A DNA stretch of 64,000 bases from Entomortierella parvispora E1425 (lineage: Eukaryota; Fungi; Mortierellomycota): the NCBI GenBank assembly GCA_020891255.1, contig BQFW01000012.1:1426001-1490000 (forward strand). The letters are read 5' to 3'. Shown piece after piece: positions 23,832 through 37,800 of this stretch. How positions within the stretch are numbered: the first letter of the stretch is position 1; each line of letters starts with the position of its first letter. The notes below the pieces were generated by a model, which had not been told where the DNA came from, made no database searches, and worked only from the letters and a program-made list of their open reading frames with translations. Position numbers and translations under genes: made by a program.

Positions 23832-26800
23832 ATGGGTGCCACGTTGCCCCCGCAAAGCCCTGCTGTTGGCGCAGGGCAGCAATCCTCGGCCTATGTCTCT
23901 ACAGCGGATGCCATGCAACTTGCCCCTGAACTCAACTCGTCCATTACTCACATCCTTCGCTCGAAAGACCCCCTGGATGCGCAGGAATTCAGCTCGGTCG
24001 AGTACATCAACAAGATCTTTCCCAACGGTACCGATGGAGAATGGCCAAAGACAGATGCAAGGTCCCTCTGGGCGCTTGAAAGACACTGCTGACTCTCTAG
24101 ATGAAACTGACTATCTGTATTAGAGCATTCCCTCTCGTCAGTGGATCAAGTCCTCCAAAGACTACAGGTCAAAGCAAAGCAAGTTCAGGAGGAACTCCGG
24201 GAATTAACCCGAGCGCAGACGGACGGCGGTCAAAAAGGACAGGAGGAAGTCGAGGCGGCCAAGAAGGGGATCGAGGTATAAACTATTTTAGACATCAAGT
24301 CGCGATGAGGCACTTTGTTGATTGAGAGATGAGTCCATGAGCCTCCGATTTCACTTGTAATAACCCGACCTTTTTGATTTTCAGATGCTGTTCTTTCAAA
24401 TCAAGGAAATTAAGGAAAAGGCGACACAGTCAGAGCAGATGGTCCAGGAAATTACGCAGGATATCAAAAGTCTGGACTACGCCAAGCGTCACCTCACCAC
24501 CTCGATCACTACTCTCAAGCGACTGCAGATGCTGGGTAACTGATCCGAGTCTTGGGTGGTTTGGTTTTTTTCTCCCCGAAGAGTGCTAACACTGACTTCT
24601 TGGATTGCAATAGTCACTGCTGTCGATCAGCTGAAAGTCATGGCTCAGCGGAAGCAGTACAGGGAAACAGCACAACTATTGGAGGTAAGATGAAGGATGT
24701 ACTAAGGGGCTTGTCTCGTCATGTCCCCATCTGGCATGTATGCAATGGACCATGGCCAAGGAACTAACTCCTTAGAAACGGTGTTCACGTAGGCCGTTCT
24801 TCAACTGATTCAATACTTCAGGACGTTCCAAAATGTTCGACAAATCGGTGAACTGACAGAGTCTGTTGCACGACTCCAGGCGGAACTGGAGCGCGATATT
24901 GTCAAGGATTTCGAAAATGGATTTACGCCTGATGGCATTCTGATTGGAAATGTGGGGCAGCTATCCAACGCATGTCTGGTCATTGAGGTTCTTGGCGAAG
25001 ATGTCAGGTGGGCAGATAGGAACATACGCTGCATAGCTGCCCAGGATTTGCGAGATGTACAGCCCAATGCTTACTCCATCTTGTTTTCTGGACCGTAGGC
25101 GTAACCTTGTTGAGTGGTACTGTAGACTTCAGTTAAGAGCCTATCGCTCAGTTTTCAAGCCTAATGAGGAGGTCTCTGCCCTCGACAACACCTCCCGAAG
25201 GTATGCGTGGCTGAAAAGGTTGCTCAAGATCCATGATGAGGAACATGCCCAAATATTCCCTCATGAATGGGATGTCAGCCGCGATTTGTGCCTGCAGTTT
25301 TGTCAAATTACAAGATCTGATCTTGCGGACATCCTCGCCAAGACAAAGTCCACTGTAGCAGTACCACTACTACTTCAAGTTTTGCAGTTGACTTTGGATT
25401 TTGAGACGCAGCTGGAGAACCGCTTCTTGAATAAGGTACATTCCATCGCGGTATGCTGGACAGGTATTGACATCGATATACTGACCAAAATATCTCGTGG
25501 GGGTAAACATAGGATGTGAACTTTGCTTTGAACGAAGAGGCAGAGACTGCTGGATTTGCAGAGAGTATCTCGCCCTGCTTTGAGCCATATCTGAGCCTTT
25601 ACATTGAAGCGGAAGACAAGTATGTTTTGAAACAACTCAACCATCGTTGTGAATGCCGTGGCGGCGCTTTTACTAATCGGCTCTATCCTTGTCATCTTTT
25701 GAACTTTAGGGCTTTAGGAGAAAAGATCAGTGGATTCCGTCAACAAGAGCCTGTACCAGAGGACGACTTGTCTGTAACCGTGTTGGCTTCGAGTACAGAC
25801 ATTTTCTTGTCTTATAAGGCATCCCTCACCAACTGTGCAAAACTCTCGCGGAAAAAGCCATTCCTGGACCTCTGTGCTGTATTTGGCAAATGGCTACGAA
25901 TCTATGCAGACGAAGTCCTTCTTGGCAAATTGCCCAAACAGTAAGTATAAAGGTGACTTACCTTTCCCTCACTCCATCGCATCTGGTCACTGACCTTATT
26001 TTTTGACTCGTTTATTTAGAGGCGACAAGCGACCTGTCAATGCAGAGTACCTGCGGTCTATCTGTGTTATTCTAAACACGGCAGATTACTCACTCACTAC
26101 CACAAACCAGGTATGGACCCATATGAACCCATGACGGCTTGAGTGTATGGCACTCTCTCAGTGTGTCTCAACCTAACGCTTCATATATCACTAAATCAAA
26201 CTAGCTGGAGGAGAGACTTTGGGCAAATATTGATCCAGAGTTTGTAGACCAAGTCAGTATGGAAACCGAACGACAGGCGTTCCTCCAGTAAGACCTCGTA
26301 AACGTTGACCCTGTGCACTGGACTGGGACATTGTCCTAACCATGGTGCCTTCACTTCACCTAATTTAGTATCATTTCGGCCTGTACGAAGGCGCTTGTGC
26401 GAGCAGTTGGCAGCGATTATGAACCTGCCCTCGTCGCCATGTCGAAGCTGCCATGGGCGACGATAGAATATGTTGGTGATCAATCTGAATACGTCTCATT
26501 GATCCACGGAACTCTGCAGACATGTGTTGGAACGATTCAAGAGTTGATTACCAACAAACGATATTTCAGGACGTTTTGCGACAAACTCATAGAGTAAGTG
26601 AACAAACACTCATGACCCGAAAGAGAATGTTTCTCAGAATAGAGCGACTGTTGACCTTTCTATATTGAATTTTCCTCTTAGATCTTTTGTCTCGAGATTC
26701 GCCGTGAACTTGACACGATGCAAGCCAATTTCTGAAATTGGAGCGGAACAAATGTTGCTCGATACCCAGGCCGTCAAGACCTTCCTTCTTGATGTACCTA

Positions 26801-27701
26801 ACCTTGGACTGGAAACCTCAGCGCCAGTCCCAGCATCGTAAGGGTGTTTGCTCTGAGATATTCAGCCAAGGGCGTTTTATGAACGTGCGAGATGCTAACC
26901 CCCCCCCCCCTTTTTTTTTTTTTTTTTTGCTTATCTTGTTTTAGGTTCCTGAAGTTTGTCAACAGAGGTCTTGGCAAAGTTGAGACGATCCTCAAGACGG
27001 CCATGAGTCCCCATGATCCTCCAGAAATGTTTATCGATCACTACTTTCTTCTCATTGGTGATCGGAACCTAGCCAACTTTCAACGGATTCTGGAGATCAA
27101 AGGACTCAGACGAGCGGATCAACAGGCAATGGTCGATTTGTTTCAAAAGAAGCATACGGGTATGGAGAGTCTGCAAGAGAACTCTGGGGTCATGTCTCTC
27201 CTTCAGACTATGCCCGCCCACATCTCAAATCAGGGTGTTGTAGGACCGTCTGCAGGATTGGCCGGCAATATGGCTGGCATGGTCCTGGGAGGGTCAGCTG
27301 GCGCGGTTGCAGGTATGATGACGCCAGGCGGACCAGGCGCAGGAGCACGCGACAGCAACCCATATCAACTAGGCAACATTGTCACGTCAAGCATCCTGAG
27401 TCACAGTCCATTTGCCGCCTTGGCGGAGAAGCATCTGAACTCGCCCAGTGGCGGTGGCGGTGTGACAAATGGGGGGTCTGGAGGTGGAGGATTTGGAGGA
27501 GAATTGGCGTCGACAGCGGGAGGATTGTTTGGCCTGGGCCAGGACAAAGATCCGCTGTCAGGTGGAGTTGGCGGCGCCAACAGCGGCAATGGGAACATGG
27601 GTCAGAGTGGGTCGTTTGCCGCGGGAGCAAAGATCAATTCGAACATCCGCAAGTTTGTAGCAGGCATGCGGGCCAAGAAGGACGCAACAGACGGCAACTG
27701 A
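23832..27701 (+). CDS. VPS53: GARP/EARP complex subunit Vps53 (multi-exon)
   Basis: Motifs [108 protein letters not shown]. Confidence 0.95.
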
Positions 27702-28577
27702 GCAGAGAGAAGCCAAACCATGCTGACATCATAGATGATAATATAAAATATGAGGTGTCGCTCCCAGGATCCAGTTTGAAAATTGAGTGAGAGAAAGAGA
27801 AGACTGGCAAGGCTACAGGAAATAGCCAAGCCAAGCTTTTTTAGGAGATTAAATGAGAGAGAAGGGAGGGTGACAGAGTCGTGATCAATTACAACCAAGG
27901 ACCAGTCTGAAAGTGGAGGGAGGGAAGCAAAAAAAAGAAGAGAACAGACAAAATAATTCACCGCAGTGGTCGCTGGGTGGAAGGGAGCAATTCGCCAATG
28001 GGCTTTGAGTGCGCTCTGGAGCAGAAACAGCTTTGATCAGAGCCAAGGAATCTAATGAAAGAAAAAAGTTCCTTTTTTGGACGCGCGAAAACAAGGCCGC
28101 TGGCGGAGCGGGGGGGAAGGGGATGCGATGCGCTGATGTGCAGAATGATTCACCCGAGGAAAGGGATGCCTGTTTTTCCTCTCTTTCTTTCCTTTCTCCT
28201 CTTCTCTTCCTTTTCTCTCTACTCTTGCCATCCATTCCATCCATCCATCTATTCATTCAAACAGACAGACAGACAGCACGACCCATCCACACGGCACTCT
28301 TTTTTTCAGTTCTATTTTTCGCACACCCTTTTTGCCCTTCCTCTGATGTCTCGCCCTGCCACACCATAGGCCTTCGTTCCCTCTGTTCTTATTTCCTTGT
28401 CCTTCCCTTCCTCTCCCTTCCTCTCCCTTCCTCTCTCATCGTCTTCTCTCTTCCTCGTCTTTTCTCTCTTCTTGTCCCCCCGATTGATTCCCTTCTTGAC
28501 GACACAATCGCCCATTCTCTTGTTCCATCTGCACTGCCTCTTCTTGTTTCTTTTCTCCTTCCTCTCTCTCCTCCACC

Positions 28578-30551
28578 ATGGACGTTGACAACAGACCCCC
28601 GCCCCTGCCTGCAAAGCTGCGTTGGCGCCCCTATGCCAACGGCAACAGTCTCAAGTCCAAGAAGCCAAAGAAGAGCGACGCGCTCAAGCAGAAGCAAGCG
28701 CCTAATCCTAAAGCCGTCGCTTCAAAGGTTCGAGGTGCACAGTATTACACTGGCAAGACCCGCACAGTCGAAGTCCAGCTGCAGTGGGAGGAAGCAGAGA
28801 CGATCGAGTCCATGAGTCATGGTGGCCATCCTCACAATCACCATCACGCTCATCAACATGAGCAGAGATCGCGCGATTCTTCGCCTTCTGCTTCCTCGGT
28901 CACGTCCTCGTCAACTGCCGAAGGTCACTCGAAATCCAGGAGCAACAGCGGCGACAGCAACAGCAGTGGAGTCTTTGCCAGTCTCCAGCGCGCCATGTCC
29001 TCCCTGCCCAGCCCACCTCCTTCGCAACCCCTGACTACCCGGCTGGACCTGGTGGGCGGACAGTCCGACTTTGGTCTGTTCAGAGCCAGCATCCCGGGAT
29101 TGACAGACAGCGGCTTTTTGAACAGTGGCCTGGCTCTCGATGCCGCCTCGACCGACAACGCTTATCAGATTGCCGTTAACGCGCTTTTCCAGAGCCGGAA
29201 CTTTAGGAACCCGACCGCATTCCACACCCCAGCCCTGCTCCACGAAAACAGCGCAAACGTACCCCTGACAAACGCCGCTCCTGCAGCCTCGGCTGCCGCT
29301 CCCACGACAGCCCCCTCTTCTGCTGCACTCTTGGGCGCGTCGACAATCAATCAGGCGCTGCTCTCTGACCCTAATCGCATGCTTTCTGGCCTTGAACTCA
29401 TGAGTATTGCGACCATCGACGAACTCTTGACATCCTGTGGGTACGTTGAGACTGGTAGTAACCCCACCGCCGCACCTCACAGTGCACTTGGTGCTCAGAT
29501 ATTGCCCTCTCCCGCCAACTCGAACCAGTCCTTGGACTCTTCACCACTGGGCGATCTTTTGGACTTGGATGGCAATGCGGGCTTTGTCCGGGGTGTTTCG
29601 CCTTGCTCTACCTCGTTCTCACCCATGGCCATCACCAACAACTCTTTCGAGGCCTTGCTTGCCCAATCCATGGCACCGGGACAGGCAGCACAGACTTCTA
29701 GTACAGCCACTGGCACCGACAACGCTTACACAGAACTTCTGCAAGAGCTTGCGTCTCCTTTTGACTATCTTGCAGGAGACGCCAACGTCGGAAGCAATCC
29801 TGCATCTTGGCCTTCACTTTTTGAGCTCGCGGCTGCCAAGGACAAAAGCCTCGCTTCTGTGGAAACACTCGCCGTGTCCTCAGCACCTGCTCCCCAACGG
29901 ATGGAGATCGCGACTCAAACCGATGGTCCTTATTCGCCTGCTTCGGCAGCAAGCTCGACACGCGGATCAACTCAAGGATCACCTTTGGCCAACTCACTTG
30001 GCCTGTCCGACGAGGAGCTGGATCCAGACTGGCTCAACTTCTTGGACGAGGCCTCCCCTCTCTTTACGGACGTGGACATGCCCTCACCTTCTTCTTCTGG
30101 CGATGAGGGTGGACAGGCCCTTCCATCGAGCCCTAGTAAAGCAACCCCACAACGGGATCGCTCCATGTGGAACTGGGCAGAGGAACTACTCAAACCTGGT
30201 GCCAAGACACCCACCGGCACCCGCGGAGGCTTCCCTACTTCCAACGGTAGCTTCTCCTCGACAGGCGGTGTCGTTCCTGGTGGACACATTGGCGGTGGAG
30301 GCTTGGTTCGAACTCTTCGGACAGTCAAGCCCAAGGGCCCCACAGAGAAGGAGGGCACAGTGGAGTCTTCCCGTGAGAGTCAGGCGGACAAGTCTTCTGC
30401 AGCCTCCACATCCGCCGCATCCGCAAAGGCTACTACTACCTCTGCGGCTGCAGCGGCACCGGTAGAGGAGAGCAGCGATAGCCAGTTCGGAGGACTGATG
30501 GCCATGATTCGCGGACTCTGGGTTACAAAGAAGGGAGGGGACGACGATTAA
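28578..30551 (+). CDS. Hypothetical protein (657 aa, single exon, largely disordered, Ser/Ala-rich)
   Basis: Long uninterrupted ORF with coding-like codon use. Basic N-terminus and an acidic-hydrophobic segment (DEELDPDWLNFLDEASPLF). Confidence 0.75.
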   Translation: MDVDNRPPPLPAKLRWRPYANGNSLKSKKPKKSDALKQKQAPNPKAVASKVRGAQYYTGKTRTVEVQLQWEEAETIESMSHGGHPHNHHHAHQHEQRSRDSSPSASSVTSSSTAEGHSKSRSNSGDSNSSGVFASLQRAMSSLPSPPPSQPLTTRLDLVGGQSDFGLFRASIPGLTDSGFLNSGLALDAASTDNAYQIAVNALFQSRNFRNPTAFHTPALLHENSANVPLTNAAPAASAAAPTTAPSSAALLGASTINQALLSDPNRMLSGLELMSIATIDELLTSCGYVETGSNPTAAPHSALGAQILPSPANSNQSLDSSPLGDLLDLDGNAGFVRGVSPCSTSFSPMAITNNSFEALLAQSMAPGQAAQTSSTATGTDNAYTELLQELASPFDYLAGDANVGSNPASWPSLFELAAAKDKSLASVETLAVSSAPAPQRMEIATQTDGPYSPASAASSTRGSTQGSPLANSLGLSDEELDPDWLNFLDEASPLFTDVDMPSPSSSGDEGGQALPSSPSKATPQRDRSMWNWAEELLKPGAKTPTGTRGGFPTSNGSFSSTGGVVPGGHIGGGGLVRTLRTVKPKGPTEKEGTVESSRESQADKSSAASTSAASAKATTTSAAAAAPVEESSDSQFGGLMAMIRGLWVTKKGGDDD

Positions 30552-31884
30552 GTACCATCCTCCCACTCTTATTTAGACACGTCTCTTTGCTTTTATTTTC
30601 TTGCTCTTCCCAGTTTTTGTATTTTTCTTTTGAACTGTTGCTCTTCTCCTCCCTCCCTTGTACAATATGCACACGAACAAATAATGACCCGCCTTGACGA
30701 AAAAAAACATATATTATTAAAACAACGCACAAATGGATGTGTCGATAAACCTGACCCTCCTTGTGATTCTCTGTTTGTGAAGGATGTTTTGGGCTTTTTT
30801 TTCTACGACTGCCTGCGGCGCGTCAGCTCTTGTCTGTGCACCGAGGGCTGAGCAGAATTTCTATCTTGAAAAGAAAAAAAAAGAAAAAACCCAATTGCAA
30901 ACAGACCAAAAAGTGCGCGTAGAATATGACAGCTAGAGAACATCTACTTCAATTCTATGATCCTAGGATCACTTTCCTGAAAGGACGGTCGTCCTCCGTT
31001 GAGATTTCTTGCAGTCCCATGTTTACTTCTTCATTAAATGGAATGATAAAGTAGAAAAAGTCGCCCCCTTGGGGACGAAAAACAGACATCACCTATTATC
31101 TGGTCATACTGCTGTGCTTTGCCATGCTTTCCAAAAAGTCGATATCGTTACAAAAGACGCCAGCTTATGCGGATGTCCCGTACCCTGAGGCCCCAGGCAT
31201 ACAACAACATTCTAGACTGGAGATTTGCGACGATGTGAAGTTGGATGGTCTTTTGTGTGAATCCACTTTTGAAGCGTTCTCTCTGACCGCAAGTTGTTTG
31301 GATGGTGATGATATGAACTACAAATAAACCAGTCGTTTCTGCTTCCCGCAGAGAACTGGAACCTCTATTGGTATGCTGTAAAGTCAACGAGGGGTGAATA
31401 TCTTGTAGAAGCACTTAAGCACTTCATTGTCTGCAGAACGACCAGTTTCCTAGATGGTGATAACGAGTCCAATCTCGTGTTTTTTGAATCGCACCATTAT
31501 GACAAGAATGCTAGGAGCTAAGGATATGACTTCCTTTTGTCATGGAATGGAGCATCTTCCTCAGTCTCCCCTACCGCCGACACAAGGAGTACGTGCACTG
31601 TATCTAGGAAATGAATGAAAGTGAGCGCTCATGCAAACATGCAGCAAGTGCTGGGCCACCCACATGGGCTCAGTGAACTATAAAAGAGGCGGTTTGTCCG
31701 TCCCACAAAACTCCCACCCTCACCCACTCCTTCACTTTCTTTGCTCATTCATTCACTCATTCACTCATTCACTCACCCATTCGCTTCAACCAATTCTCAT
31801 CTACTTCTTGCCAGTGCCACTGTCCATACTATTCACATAAAAACATAAAGCACCGCGCGCTTTCCCACGATATCTGTGACAGCC

Positions 31885-34800
31885 ATGTCTCGTTTGTTTC
31901 CACAGTCCTCGGAGCGAACGAGCGCGACCCTCTTGGAGGAGTTCGCGCTCAACCCCGAGAAGAGACCTGACCTGGTCGAGTCCATCCCTGCAGATTCGGC
32001 CGACTATTATCTCTACCGATTACGCCTCATCTCTCAGGATCTTCAGGATCCCAGCAAAGAAATCACATCCAAGAGAATTGACGAAGCCATGGCCGTTCTC
32101 ACGTCGGCCTCAGTTGCGCCGTCGTTCATGCACAAGAAGGATCTTTTGGAGCAGTTTCGAAATCAGTTCGCCCTCCTGGCTTACAAGGTGCAGCCCGACC
32201 TTTTACTGAAACAACTCTCGTTCAAGAAGAGCTCAGTCACCCAGTTGGACTTTGCTGCTCAGGCGGAAGTGAAGGCGGCTACTGCCACGACCGGAAAGGA
32301 GGGACTGGGTGATATTCGCGACAGTCTGTCGAGCACATTGGACCAAAATGAGGTTCGGACGGATGTCCTCGTGGACAAGATCCTCGAGGAGTTTGGCACG
32401 GAAAAGTCCTTGTCGAATCTGCAGGTATCCCAGTCGGCGTGGCCATTCTTGATGGCTCGTCCAGAGACAGAGGCAGCTCTGTTAAAATTAAACCCCGATG
32501 TCCTGCTGAGGCTCTTCAAGGCCATGCAGGTGCCCATCTCCCCCAAGAGCATGGGGATTTTGGGTCAGACAGACACCAGTCGAGCTGATAAGCTGATTGT
32601 CAAAATGATCCTGCATCTGGTAGAGACCAAAAAGTTGAGCTTTACAGAGAATTTGAACCATTTCCAGGAACTGACCATCGAACAGCTGGATGCGATGCTG
32701 GAACAAGTCCCGAGATTGATTCATGACGAAGGGTTCGTGAGCTTGCTAGAGAAACGGATCGTCCCTCGGCCCTCGGTGGACTACGAAGTCAAGGAAGCTG
32801 CAGAGGTTCATGGCGAGTGGTTGGATCGGATGGTGGCGTTTGTGGACAAGCTCTCGCCAAAGTTCAACCGGCACAAACTGTCAGTCTACCTGATGAGTCT
32901 CGAGTACGACTTGAACAGCGGGGTCATGGACAAGGCCAAGTTTATGAAGTAAGTGCAGTTTGTGCATGAGGATAACAAAGAATGTGCCTCGTGTGGAGAA
33001 ACAACCATTGACATCTTGTCTTTTCCTTCCCCTCAGATATATTGCCATTCCAAGGACCCATAACTACTACAACGGAGAAAAACTCGGCTTGAAGGAAAAG
33101 AACGTTGTGAATATCACGAGCACAGAGACACTCCTTCACTGGTCCCAGGTATGTAATGAAGACTATTGTGGACTTTAAGCAGGACACTGCCTATGCTCAA
33201 TGCCACTAACAAGGTAATACTCTCTCTTCGGCTCTTAGAGAGTCAAATCGGTGACACAACGAGGTGACGACAATATTATCAGAGAATACTTGGCCCACTT
33301 CATCACAGCGGCGAGATCATTTGCAGAATTCGAGGAGTACTTCTCTGTGAAGGACTTCCTTGAGCCCATTTTGGGACAAGCTATGTTGACCTCTGGGGAT
33401 AAGGATGTCGCGACATGGTAAGGGTGGATACTATTCGTTTTATCACGGGCGAAAATTCCTTGAGGGACAAAAAAAAAAGGAAAGAACTTCTAAACAATAT
33501 GAGCATGTTACTATCATAGGTCCAAGTTGCTGCCCCCAAGCAACAATCTGACGAAATTGACAGAGCAGACAATCATCAAGTTTTCACGTGGAAACCCTGC
33601 GACCTTTTTGCCAGAAGACCCTGTTGTGTTCAAACTCAAAGTGAAGAACGCACAACGTGTTATTGTCCGCGTTTTTGAAGTCAAGACTCTGGAATACCTT
33701 CAGCAACACGCGGGTACTGTGGGCACAGCTTTGAATTTGGAAGGACTGAGTCCCAACTGGGAGCAAACGCTGTCGTTTGATCATCCTCCGATAGAAATTC
33801 ATGAGGTCAAGGTCGAATTGCCCGAGCTTGCCAACAGGCGAGGAGCCTTTGTCATGGATGTGATTTGTAATGGCGAAAACAGTTCTGCCTACTTCACAAA
33901 GGTAAGTGAGGAATAGCCACCAATAACGTATCCAATGCTCGAAAGTGTAGACCTCGCAGATGACTAAAAAAACCATGCCCTTCATATAAAAAATACTATC
34001 TTACGGCAATTCCCATCGTAGGGGTACCTTGATTATATTGAGAGACAAAGCGTGGCGGGTCATGTCCTGACTGTTATCGATGAAAACCAAAAGAAAATCA
34101 CTGAGGATGTAGGCATCTGGTTCAACGGTATCTTTTACAAGGTAAGGAAGTAGTGTTGAACGTGTCAGGTGCCATAAAAAACCAAGTGTTTCGTCCTAAC
34201 CACCTTCTGTCTCCTTCGCGCTCGTAGACCAATGAGGCCGGTGATATTATTATTCCCTACAAAAGGCGCTCCAGCGACATCAGCGCCAGAGAAATATTCA
34301 TTACACACAACGACTTTACTACTCGTCGATCTTTTTTGCCCAGCAGCGAAAATTACGAAATGTCTATGAGCTGCCACGTCGATCACGAGTCCTTGGTGGC
34401 TGGGTCTGTTGCAAAGGTATCTTCAAGCCCTTCTCTCAATGGCGCATATCATACAACCAACTTCATCACATCTAACCACTCTCGCTTTTTATTTATTTTG
34501 ATACCGGATATATTATTTAGGTGCTGATCAAGCCTGTTGTCACCGTTGCAGGAGGGAACGTTGTCTGTCCAGTGGAGCTGTTAGAGCAAGTTACGCTACA
34601 GGTTGTATCTGAAGATACCAGCGACACGGAGTCAACCAAAACTGTTTTGGACTTCAAGGTTTTCGACAACGAAATGTCAGTTTACAATTTTCAAGTCCCA
34701 GAGAATCTCCAAGTCCTTACGATCACCATGACTGCCAGGATTAAAGTCATGGCCACGGGAGAATTCGAGAATCTTGAAGCCTCCAAAGCCATTTTTGGGG

Positions 34801-37800
34801 AAAGGTATGACTTTGAGGTTGTGGATTTCGTACTAAATGTATCTCTCGTGTATGTTTGACAACGATCTAACACTTTCTTTTTCATTTCCAACTTGCGTTC
34901 TCCAGCAGTGACTCGGACCAAATTGTTACTGTTCAGTTCAAGGATCGAAAACAGCAAGTTCAGCTTCATGGAGAACTCTTGACCATGCTTCGGAGAACTG
35001 CTGCAGGCTATGAGATTCACGTCATGGGAAAGAATGGCGAGAAACGACCCAATGTCCCGATGGACATCACGTTCAGTCATCCCGTTTGGTACAAAGGGCT
35101 TAGCAAGTACCTCCTCTCTGATGAGAGGGGCATCGTGCATCTCGGACCGCTGGAAGACATCACGTCGGTGACTTGTTCTATCAATCACAACAGCTGGACA
35201 CTGGTCGGCTCTGACAAAGGTTCACTCCCGGGTGTGATCCACGGCATTGCTGGAACTCCGATTCAGGTTCCTTCGAGTCGACAGGATGTGTGCTATATTC
35301 GCTCTATCTCGCTCTTCAAGTGTGTGGTCGAAAGGCGCGGAACTTACTGGTAAAACAAAGATGGATTACTCTGTTACATGTTGAAGGACAGGAGAGTTAT
35401 TCGTATTAACACTTCGACCGCTCTCCATGCTTAGGTGTATGACTGAGGATTGTACCGACAAAATTCGTGTCATGAACGGACTGTTGACGATTAGTGATTT
35501 GGCGCCAGGATACTACACTCTCAATATGGATGGTGCGAAGATTGAAATAACGGTAGCTAGTGCAAAGGCATCCAAACCACGTATCAAGGATCTCGATGAC
35601 TACCATGTCGGCGTCAACCCCATGCTCGAAGTTCCCGACAGCGCCAGGCACCCGTTGCACATGCTTCCTGCGATCGCTGATGATGAAGCTGAAGTCGTTG
35701 ACATCCATGTACGCAATTGGACTGCGGCCACAAGGGTATGCATTGTCGCAACTCGATTTATTCCAAACACACCCATGTTCGACGACCTGTCAGTAAAAGA
35801 TACACTGGAACCATGGAGAATGCCCAAAACCGAGAAAACGTTGACAACCTATAGTGCTGGAAGGATTTTGGGGGAAGAATACCAATACATCCTGAACAGA
35901 AAGACACAGACCAACCATTGGGCTGGTAACTTGCTTGAAAAGCCAAGTGTCCTTCTTACGCCATGGGTAAGTGCTTTTCATCCAGAAACGAGCAAGACGA
36001 CAGCTACTTGACTTTGATCCAGGTCATTGTTCTTATTATCCGATTATTATTTCATGTAATTTAGAGCATCGCCGATACCACAATGTCGAAGCAGGCGATG
36101 GCAGCCACGGACGAGAGAAATGTAAATACCACCACGACCGCTGGGTATATGAATGCGGTCCCAGGCAGCAGCGGTCGAGGTTTAGGTAGAGGTGGAGCCC
36201 TTCGCCATCGCAAAATTCTGCCTCCAGGATTGCCTCCAATGCTGACATTTTCAGCGCAGCCAAGCGTCATATTGACCAATTTGATACCTAATCAAACCAC
36301 CGGTCAATTGAGGGTGCCATATTCCGACCTTAAGGAGTGTAGTTTCCTTCAGATCTATGTCACGGATGCACATCAGGCTCTGGTACAAACTCTGCCCGTA
36401 CTGTCCCAGGCGGAGACTGCCCTACAGAAGCGTGATTTACGATTCAAGAGCGCTCTGAACTACACTAGACATTATATTGGCGAGCGATCAGGTACTCAAC
36501 TTAACCCAGCGATTGCTGGTGCTTCGCTCCCCGATGGCACTCGTGATGCTCATGCCATCACATTGGCCTCCAACGGAAGTTCGTCATCAGCGATCCGTAT
36601 TATCAATTCCGTCAGCCAAGTCTATGATTTGATGGCGACCTTGGTGGAGGGTGGGGTTCACAAGCAAAACTTGAAGAAGTTCGAGTTCGTGACGGAATGG
36701 CACAGATTCTCGGAGGCAGAGAAAAACGAAAAATTCTCAAAATGGAATTGTCATGAGCTCAACCTGTTCATCTACAGGAAAGACAGAGTTTACTTTGACA
36801 AGGTGGTCAAGCCGTTCATCAAGGTAAGAACTGGAATCTCTTTTTATAACAATATGTTACTAATTACAACTCATTTCCGAGGTTCCCTTTGACCGATGAA
36901 TTCTCTTTCATTCTTTTTTTGAAATGACTATAGAGCAAACTTCTCAAATCGTTTGTTGATGACTATCTTATTGGCGCCTCTTTGGAGCGATATACCGTCC
37001 TTACGGAATTCAACCATTTGACCTGCATGGAAAAATGTCTTTTGGCGCAACGCGTACCCCGCTTAAAACCGTCTGTAGTTCAATGGATCAGGAGTCGCAC
37101 TCGAAACAGCAAGGTGGCGAGCGATGTCAAACTGTTCCGCACTGTGATGAGATCCGGTGATGCAGAGGAGATTCCTTCGTCGCCAGGCTACTCACCCACA
37201 TCATCGGCGCATTCGGCGTCTAGCTTGGTGGACCATGAGTCCGACAGCTTTGAATCAGTGACCGGTTCATCTCTCCCTCCCCCTCCCCCTCCCCCAATGG
37301 GCGGTGGAGGATACTCTGCAGCGTCTCTCTTTGGGTCATCTGCCACTGGATCTCTGTTTGGATCACCTGCCCCAGGATCTCTCTTTGGATCTGTTGCCCC
37401 TGTATCTGGCTTTGGAGCAGCTGTTCCTGTATCTGGCTTGGGATCGTCTGCTCAGCAGAACTCATTGTTTGGCGGCCCCTCGGCAGCTAGCCCAGCGTCT
37501 CCTCAAAGGACGTCAGGCTCATTTGACTTTGGAGCACCGCGGTCGCCAGCAACTATGACCCAGAGCTTTGGTAGCGCGCGTTCCTCTGCCCCTCCTCCTC
37601 CTCCAGCGCCGATCTCGGCCAGAAATCAAACTCAACAGATGCAGCAACAACAATTTAAGCCTGTCGATTTGACCAAGGAAATGGCCGAGACCTACTACTG
37701 GGGAAGACAGGATGAAGCTATTGAGACAAATGATGCGAATACTTTCTGGATGGATTATGTTGCATGGGATGAGGCCAACGACGGCTCATTCTTGTCACAG

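Noticed and set aside
31100-31520. Coding-like intergenic fragments (e.g. ENWNLYWYAVKSTRGEYLVEALKHF)
   Set aside because: Short, interrupted by stops and with no recognisable family, so they cannot be supported as a gene.
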